From Halobacterium noricense (GTDB lineage: Archaea; Halobacteriota; Halobacteria; Halobacteriales; Halobacteriaceae), in contig NZ_CP089468.1 of NCBI RefSeq assembly GCF_021233435.1, positions 2,442,597-2,466,596 of the forward strand: a DNA stretch of 24,000 nucleotides. The letters are read 5' to 3'. The position numbers and the translations under genes are program-made. The first letter of the stretch is position 1, and the number at the start of each line of letters is the position of its first letter. The notes under the pieces were generated by a model. That model searched no databases and was not told the origin of the DNA. It worked only from the letters and a program-made list of their open reading frames with translations. Below are positions 17,232-24,000 of this stretch, piece after piece.

Positions 17232-17384
17232 CTATCGCAGTTCGATACCGGACTCCGCGCTGAACTCCTCGGCGCACGTCGCACAGAGCACGAGCTCCAC
17301 CTCCGTCGGCTCGGTGCCGCCCTGCGTGAACCGGACTGTGTACCCCTCGACGTCTCCCCCGTCGCCGCAGTTCGTGCAGGCCAT
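17232..17384 (-). CDS. Small zinc-ribbon protein, 50 aa (MACTNCGDGGDVEGYTVRFTQGGTEPTEVELVLCATCAEEFSAESGIELR)
   Basis: Absent from the supplied ORF track (under 60 aa). ATG 17384 to TAG 17232-17234. Two CxxC pairs sit 27 residues apart. About 44 of 50 codons end in G/C by hand count, and the composition is acidic. Confidence 0.6.
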   Translation of the reverse strand: MACTNCGDGGDVEGYTVRFTQGGTEPTEVELVLCATCAEEFSAESGIELR

Positions 17385-17700
17385 CTGGTCGCCTTACTAC
17401 GTCGGTCCCCGAACCGTTCATACATGATTTGTCGAGCCGTTTTACGTGGCGGGTCCCGGAACGCCCAGCAGGTCCGAGTGACCCACACGGATTCGATTCG
17501 ACCCCGCAGAACTGTCGGTAAACCACCGTTAAGCAGTCGTTAACACGGCTCTCGGAACTAGTAAGCCCAGCGCCATTTGGAGAGGGAAGTTAAGTACGGT
17601 GAGCCGTTAGAAGCGCTAAGCACGGATTCGGCACGGAGGGGGAAGTTCCACGCGCGACGGGTCACCGTCGCAGCCGTTCCGGTCGCGTGCAGCAAACACC

Positions 17701-18147
17701 ATGAAGAAAATCACTATGTTCGAGATGCCGGACGACGACGAACGCGGCGTATCACCGGTTATCGGCGTCATCCTGATGGTCGCGATTACGGTCATCCTCG
17801 CCGCGGTCATCGCGAGTTTCGTGCTCGGGTTCGGGGACCAAGTGAGTCAGAACGTTCAGGCTGGAGCGGATATTAGCGAAACTGATGACGGGTCGGTTAC
17901 CGCAACTTGGATTAGCGAAGGGAACGCGGACCACCTGAATGTCTCCGTGTCGGACGATAGTAATGTTGCGTTTGATGAATCCAGTATAACCGGTTATGCC
18001 GAAATCCAACAAGTCGGCAATACAGCCACACTAACCACTGATGGGGATTCCCCACCTTATGATGTAACTGTGACCGTGACAGCCGTCGGTAGTGGCGGTT
18101 CACGGACAGTCGTTGCTCAGGAAGAGGTCTCCGTCGGATCAAGCTAA
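17701..18147 (+). CDS. Archaeal type IV pilin-like protein (class III signal peptide, DUF1628/pilin_N type)
   Basis: The N-terminus ...DDDERG|VSPVIGVILMVAITVILAAVIASFVLG is the prepilin-peptidase (PibD/FlaK-type) processing motif plus a hydrophobic helix. The Ser/Thr/Asp-rich C-terminal domain is beta-like. ATG 17716 and ATG 17725 are alternative starts. The gene is much less GC-rich than its neighbours. Confidence 0.8.
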   Translation: MKKITMFEMPDDDERGVSPVIGVILMVAITVILAAVIASFVLGFGDQVSQNVQAGADISETDDGSVTATWISEGNADHLNVSVSDDSNVAFDESSITGYAEIQQVGNTATLTTDGDSPPYDVTVTVTAVGSGGSRTVVAQEEVSVGSS

Positions 18148-18156
18148 CCGTTAAGC

Positions 18157-18170
18157 TCTTTCCGTCTTTT
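18157..18170 (+). terminator. T-rich tract (TCTTTCCGTCTTTT) downstream of the pilin gene, candidate oligo-T terminator
   Basis: It begins 10 nt after the pilin stop. Archaeal termination typically occurs at oligo-T. Confidence 0.3.
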
Positions 18171-18311
18171 ACGTATACGAATATATCTGATTGAGTGAGC
18201 GTGAAGAACCGGCGGCTCCGCGAGTAGGTCCGAGCGCGGAGGCTCACGTAGACCATCCCGTAGAGCGGTCGCTAAGTGTCGAGAAATGCGGGAAAAGGGG
18301 TATATGTGAAG

Positions 18312-18384
18312 TGGGCCGGCGCGAATTCGAATCGCGGTTACGGCCACCCGAAGGCCGAAGGATACCAAGCTACCCCACCGGCCC
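18312..18384 (-). tRNA. tRNA-Pro (anticodon CGG)
   Basis: The minus strand folds by hand into a cloverleaf: GGGCCGGTGGGGTAGCTTGGTATCCTTCGGCCTTCGGGTGGCCGTAACCGCGATTCGAATTCGCGCCGGCCCA. The parts are a perfect 7-bp acceptor stem, a D-loop with GG, anticodon stem CGGCC/GGCCG, loop TTCGGGT (anticodon CGG, G37), T-arm CGCGA-TTCGAAT-TCGCG and discriminator A. No CCA is encoded. The TATA-like TTAAAC lies about 28 nt upstream. Confidence 0.9.
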
Positions 18385-18409
18385 GCGTTTCTACGTTGTC
18401 TCGTTGTCG

Positions 18410-18415
18410 GTTTAA
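18410..18415 (-). promoter_or_regulatory. TATA-like TTAAAC upstream of tRNA-Pro
   Basis: The plus strand reads GTTTAA at 18410-18415, centred about 28 nt from tRNA position 1 (18384). Confidence 0.4.
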
Positions 18416-18500
18416 CGCTTCCGAATTGCAGGAATCGAGGGGGCGGGAATGACACTCTCGGCGGCGAATACGGCGTGCTAACACGCTTCACAGTTGGTAA

Positions 18501-20777
<2,277 letters not shown>

Positions 20778-20802
20778 CCCGGCTCCGCCCACTGCTCTGC
20801 GA

Positions 20803-20813
20803 TTCTTTCTTTC
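20803..20813 (+). terminator. T-rich tract (TTCTTTCTTTC) downstream of katG, candidate terminator
   Basis: It sits 26 nt after the katG TAG, in the convergent gap with the LOG-like gene. Confidence 0.25.
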
Positions 20814-20840
20814 GCGCTCGCTCCGCCAGCCTTGCGGCCG

Positions 20841-21284
20841 TCAGTCGACGCGCGCTTCCACGTAGTCCACGGCGTCCGCTGGCGTGTCGACGTCCTCGAC
20901 GTGTGGTGCGTCGGGCGCACCGAGCCCCGCAATCGGCCGGTCGTAGATTGAACTGAAGCCGATTTCCGAGAGCGTGCCGCCCGCGCCGTCGACCGCGATG
21001 ACCGCATCGCCGTTCATAACGACAAGCGCGTTCCGCGCGTGTCCCATGCTCGTCGCGATGGCCGTCTCGACGTACTCGTTGGCTGCATCGCGGTCCTCAC
21101 CCGGGAGGATGCCGATTGTGTGGCCACCGGCTTCCCTCGCGCCGCGGCAGGCCGCGCGCATCACGCCACCGAGCCCGCCGCAAACGACGGTGTGCCCGCG
21201 CTCCGCGAGCAGCCGACCGACTTCGCGGGCGTTCTCGACGGCTTCGTCCGGTGGCGCGCTCGCGCCGATGACACTGACGCGCAT
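20841..21284 (-). CDS. TIGR00725 / LOG-family (SLOG superfamily) protein, function unknown
   Basis: 147 aa with VVCGGLGGVMRAACRGA and VDGAGGTLSEIG (the GGxGTxxE LOG-type motif). Its ATG overlaps the trmY stop by 1 nt (TGATG on the minus strand). Confidence 0.78.
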   Translation of the reverse strand: MRVSVIGASAPPDEAVENAREVGRLLAERGHTVVCGGLGGVMRAACRGAREAGGHTIGILPGEDRDAANEYVETAIATSMGHARNALVVMNGDAVIAVDGAGGTLSEIGFSSIYDRPIAGLGAPDAPHVEDVDTPADAVDYVEARVD

Positions 21285-21874
21285 CAGTACTCGGTGAAGC
21301 CGTCGGTGTCGAGGTAGTTGTGTGCGACCGTGATCGTGTGGTCGGCGTGCAGGATTTCGGGGCCGACGCGGACGCGCTGGTCGCTGCGGTCCGCGAGGAA
21401 GACGGCTTCCTCTTCGGTGAAGTCCTCGTGGTCCGAGAGCACGAAAATCGGGTCCTCGGGCGGTTCGACGGCCGCGAGCGCGTCGCCGTCCTCGTGGAGT
21501 TCCACGACGGTGCCGTCGAGGTCGTCCAACACCGTCCGGAACCCGCGCTTGGAGACGTGGATGCCGGGCGTCGACTCGGCCTCGCGGTGGCCGATGGCGC
21601 GGTCTTTCGCTTCCAGCGCTTGCTTGAGCAGGCCGGCGATGTTGCGCTCGTCGGGATTCATGTACCGCAGCTCACTGCCGTCGATGCGGACGGTGACCTC
21701 GTCGGCGAGCACGAGGTGCACCTGGACGGCCGTCCGGATGTCGTGCGAGAGGAACAGCGCGGCGTTGACGCACCGGCAGAGCACGTCCAGACGCCCCGCG
21801 CCGCCCGCGAGGTCGTCCAACGAGAAGTCGGGGTCGGTCGGCGCGTGGTGGCCGAGAACGACGAACTGGCGCAT
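21284..21874 (-). CDS. trmY: tRNA (pseudouridine54-N1)-methyltransferase TrmY (SPOUT, DUF358)
   Basis: 196 aa. The N-terminus [47 protein letters not shown] is characteristic of the TrmY family. It is divergent from pus10, the known genomic association. Confidence 0.85.
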   Translation of the reverse strand: MRQFVVLGHHAPTDPDFSLDDLAGGAGRLDVLCRCVNAALFLSHDIRTAVQVHLVLADEVTVRIDGSELRYMNPDERNIAGLLKQALEAKDRAIGHREAESTPGIHVSKRGFRTVLDDLDGTVVELHEDGDALAAVEPPEDPIFVLSDHEDFTEEEAVFLADRSDQRVRVGPEILHADHTITVAHNYLDTDGFTEY

Positions 21875-21955
21875 ACCGACCCATCGCAGCCACGCGATTT
21901 ACTCCTATCGACCGACCACAGCGCAGCCGATTGAACAGTCGCCCCCTGGTGGATT

Positions 21956-22062
21956 GAAAGGGCGAGGGCGTCTGCGGGAACCCCGACGACGTAAGCACCG
22001 CAGGGAGCAAAGCGACTGAGGAGCGCAGCGAGTCGCGGGACCGCAGACGCCCGAGGGCTTTC
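21956..22062. repeat. 107-nt imperfect inverted repeat (long hairpin) in the trmY-pus10 spacer
   Basis: A 12-bp perfect stem GGGCGTCTGCGG (21966-21977) pairs with CCGCAGACGCCC (22041-22052). A closing 5-bp GAAAG (21956-21960) pairs with CTTTC (22058-22062). A nested 6-bp hairpin GCGACT (22012-22017) pairs with AGTCGC (22031-22036). No ORF is present. The strand and function are unknown. Confidence 0.5.
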
Positions 22063-22184
22063 AGAAGGAAACAGAGCGAACAGCGGCAAAGACGAGACAA
22101 CGAACGGTGAAGAGACGAGACGAAGCGGCGAATCACAGGCTAGAGACCGAAGAGTACGTACCAGCGGCCCCCGACACAACACCC

Positions 22185-23468
22185 ATGACAGTCTTGGAGG
22201 ACGCGCGACGGGTGCTGGCGGAGGACCCGATCTGCGACGCGTGCGTGGGTCGGTGTTTCGCGGAGCGGAGTTTCGGGTTGACGAACGCCGAGCGCGGGCG
22301 GGCGCTTCGGACGACTATCGCGCTGGCGGACGACGAGCCGTACGAGGGCGTCGACCCCTCCGAGTGCTGGGTGTGTGAGGGCGCGTCGGGGCGTTTCGAC
22401 GAGTTCGCGGACCTCGTCGTGGACGCGCTCGCGGGCCAGAACTTCGACACGTACCAGGTGGGGACGCAAGCGCCGCCGCTCGTGGAGGAGAACGAGACGA
22501 TGCTGCGGGACATCGCGGACTTAGCGGAGGACGCCGGTGAACTGTTCAAGTCCGAGTGCAACCGCGAGGTCGGCAAGCGCGTCGGCCGGGAGACGGGCGC
22601 GGACGTGGACTTCGAGCGCCCGGACGTGCTCGCGGTGCTGGACGTCGAACACGAGACGGTGAGCGTGACGGTGAACTCGGCGTTCGTCTACGGCCGGTAC
22701 CGCAAGCTCGAACGCGGGATTCCGCAGACGAAGTGGCCCTGTAGCGACTGCAACGGAACGGGGACGCTCGTGGACTCGCCGTGTCCACACTGCGAGGGGA
22801 CCGGCTTCCTCTACCCGGAGAGCGTCGAGCAGTTGACCGCGCCACCCGTAATCGACGCGATGGACGGCGAGTCGGCGTCGTTCCACGGCGCGGGCCGCGA
22901 GGACATCGACGCGCTGATGCTCGGGACGGGGCGGCCGTTCGTCGTCGAGGTACAGGAGCCACAGGAGCGCCACCCGGACCCCGAGGAACTGGAGGAGGCC
23001 ATCAACGAGTACGCCGACGAGAAGGTCGAAGTCGAGGGGATTCGGCTGGCGTCCTACGAGATGGTGGCGCGCGTGAAGGAGCTGGACGCACGGAAGCGCT
23101 ACCGGGCGCAAGTGGAGTTCGGCGAGCCGGTCACGGAAGAGGGGTTCGAGGCCGCACTCCTGGAGCTGGACGGCGCGACCATCCAGCAGGAGACGCCCCA
23201 GCGCGTGAAACACCGGCGCGCGGAGAAGGTCCGCGAGCGCGAGGTCTACGACATCGAGGGCGAACGAACCGACGACACGCACGCCGTCGTCGAAGTGGAG
23301 GGCGAGGGCGGGCTCTACATCAAGGAACTCGTCTCCAGCGACGAGGGCCGCACGGAGCCGAGTCTCGCGGGCGTGCTCGGCGTCGACGCGGAGGTGACGG
23401 CGCTAGACGTCGTGACCGTCGAGGGCGAGCGCGACGAGTTCGAGGACGAGGAGTTCTTCCGGGAATGA
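22185..23468 (+). CDS. pus10: tRNA pseudouridine(54/55) synthase Pus10
   Basis: 427 aa from ATG 22185 (MTVLEDARRVLAEDPICDACVGRCF). It has N-terminal Zn-binding CxxC pairs, a THUMP-like region, a CSDCNGTG...CPHCEGTG insert and the C-terminal catalytic domain (GREDIDALMLGTGRPFVVEV, GGLYIKELVSSDEGRTEPS). Confidence 0.9.
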   Translation: MTVLEDARRVLAEDPICDACVGRCFAERSFGLTNAERGRALRTTIALADDEPYEGVDPSECWVCEGASGRFDEFADLVVDALAGQNFDTYQVGTQAPPLVEENETMLRDIADLAEDAGELFKSECNREVGKRVGRETGADVDFERPDVLAVLDVEHETVSVTVNSAFVYGRYRKLERGIPQTKWPCSDCNGTGTLVDSPCPHCEGTGFLYPESVEQLTAPPVIDAMDGESASFHGAGREDIDALMLGTGRPFVVEVQEPQERHPDPEELEEAINEYADEKVEVEGIRLASYEMVARVKELDARKRYRAQVEFGEPVTEEGFEAALLELDGATIQQETPQRVKHRRAEKVREREVYDIEGERTDDTHAVVEVEGEGGLYIKELVSSDEGRTEPSLAGVLGVDAEVTALDVVTVEGERDEFEDEEFFRE

Positions 23469-24000
23469 GCGAGCGGTTCGGCGTGGACGAGGCCGGCAAA
23501 GGCCCCGTCCTCGGGTCGATGTTCGCGGCGGCGGTCGTCGGCTCCACCGAGAACCTTCCGGCGGGCGTCGCGGACTCGAAGCGGCTCTCGCCCGCGCGCC
23601 GCGAGGACCTAGACGAGCGAATCCGCGAGCGTTGCGAGGTCGGCGTCGCCGAGATTCCCGTCGAGCGCATCGACGACCCCGAGACGGACATGAACACGCT
23701 CACCGTGGACGCGCAGGCGAGCGCGCTCGACGCGGTCGCGGCGGACGGCCTCGCGGGCTACGTGGACGCGGGGGACGTAGACGAGGCACGGTTCGGCCGG
23801 CGGGTCGCCGAGGGCGCGGCGGCCGACGTGGACGTGACCGCCGAGCACGGCGCGGACGACGAGTACGCGCTCGTGGCGGCGGCGAGCATCGTCGCGAAAG
23901 TCGCCCGCGACAGCCACGTCGAGGACATCGCTTCGGAGTACGGTGACGTGGGCTCGGGCTATCCGAGCGACCCGACGACGCGAGATTTTTTGCGGGAGTA
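23465..24000 (+). CDS. rnhB: Ribonuclease HII (5' part; runs off the window end)
   Basis: Not in the ORF track because the window contains no stop. ATG 23465 overlaps the pus10 stop (ATGA). My translation is MSERFGVDEAGKGPVLGSMF...DSKRLS...ASIVAKVARD...GSGYPSDP, which are canonical RNase HII motifs. Confidence 0.88.
   Translation, partial: MSERFGVDEAGKGPVLGSMFAAAVVGSTENLPAGVADSKRLSPARREDLDERIRERCEVGVAEIPVERIDDPETDMNTLTVDAQASALDAVAADGLAGYVDAGDVDEARFGRRVAEGAAADVDVTAEHGADDEYALVAAASIVAKVARDSHVEDIASEYGDVGSGYPSDPTTRDFLRE

Noticed and set aside
17525-18156. 10-bp direct repeat ACCGTTAAGC (17525-17534 and 17147+1000 region copy at 18147-18156) bracketing the pilin gene, a possible target-site duplication or att pair.
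   Set aside because: A single 10-mer recurring within about 1 kb is close to chance expectation. It does not match the tRNA-Pro 3' half, and no integrase or terminal inverted repeats accompany it. I keep it only as context for the low-GC islet.
18312-18345. Search for a duplicated copy of the tRNA-Pro 3' half that would delimit an integrated element.
   Set aside because: Reading 17400-18311 by eye, I found no second copy of GCGAATTCGAATCGCG or the acceptor 3' strand. The nearest look-alike (GGATTCGATTCGACC at about 17489) does not match. A computational search of the full genome is still needed.
18144-18491. ORFs of 115 aa (minus) and 74 aa (plus, 18191-18415) in the pilin-katG gap, and the 99-aa ORF at 17577-17876.
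   Set aside because: They overlap the tRNA-Pro gene or the pilin start in other frames. They have basic, low-complexity translations and poor third-position GC bias.
21956-22073. Possibility that the trmY-pus10 hairpin is an H/ACA or C/D box guide RNA.
   Set aside because: There is no RUGAUGA C-box on either strand. The only ACA (22071-22073) is 9 nt beyond the stem rather than adjacent to it. The internal loop is too small and symmetric for a pseudouridylation pocket. The structure stays unexplained rather than assigned.
22107-22184. Upstream GTG start for pus10, as used by the ORF track, adding 26 residues (VKRRDEAANHRLETEEYVPAAPDTTP).
   Set aside because: The extension lies in the purine-rich repeat tract and has no counterpart in the usual Pus10 N-terminus, which begins just before the CxxC zinc motif. 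ATG 22185 is preferred.

Overview
This is a very GC-rich segment; hand-counted 60-nt lines in typical genes give about 70-78% GC. It is densely packed and encodes acidic (Asp/Glu-rich) proteins, as in a haloarchaeal (class Halobacteria) chromosome. I call 26 complete or near-complete CDSs, 2 edge-truncated CDSs and one tRNA-Pro(CGG).

Gene content is core housekeeping:
- FO/F420 biosynthesis: cofC, cofG, cofH.
- Class II ribonucleotide reductase.
- Purine synthesis: purC, purQ, purS, purU.
- The late archaeosine pathway: tgtA, arcS and the radical-SAM partner RaSEA.
- The tRNA Psi54/55 and m1Psi54 pair: pus10 and trmY.
- katG and rnhB.
- Nudix, P-loop kinase, MOSC, CBS, VanZ-like and LOG-like proteins, and a membrane hydrolase.

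Gene organisation:
- Adjacent same-strand genes are often translationally coupled: GTGA at 1231 and 7659, ATGA at 10624 and 23465, TGATG at 21284.
- Many starts have an AT-rich TATA-like hexamer about 26-29 nt upstream and no Shine-Dalgarno sequence, which suggests leaderless mRNAs.
- The very long ORFs in the six-frame track (938, 769, 758 and 692 aa) are high-GC shadow or read-through frames. I trimmed or rejected them.

I see no CRISPR array, IS or transposase, integrase, toxin-antitoxin pair or recognisable defence island. This is mostly an ordinary core region, and I cannot point to a convincing new multi-gene system.

The items most worth a second look:
1. A 310-bp ORF-free, strongly structured spacer between trmY and pus10.
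2. A low-GC islet carrying an orphan type-IV-pilin-like gene next to tRNA-Pro.
3. Two small proteins under 60 aa that the ORF track misses or buries: a 50-aa zinc ribbon missing from it, and a 57-aa acidic protein upstream of tgtA hidden inside a longer spurious ORF.
4. Uncharacterised genes translationally coupled to cofG (a membrane protein) and to trmY (a LOG/TIGR00725 protein).
5. A bipartite motif shared by the two divergent pur promoters.

All functional calls rest on my recognition of family motifs in the translations. No database search was run.
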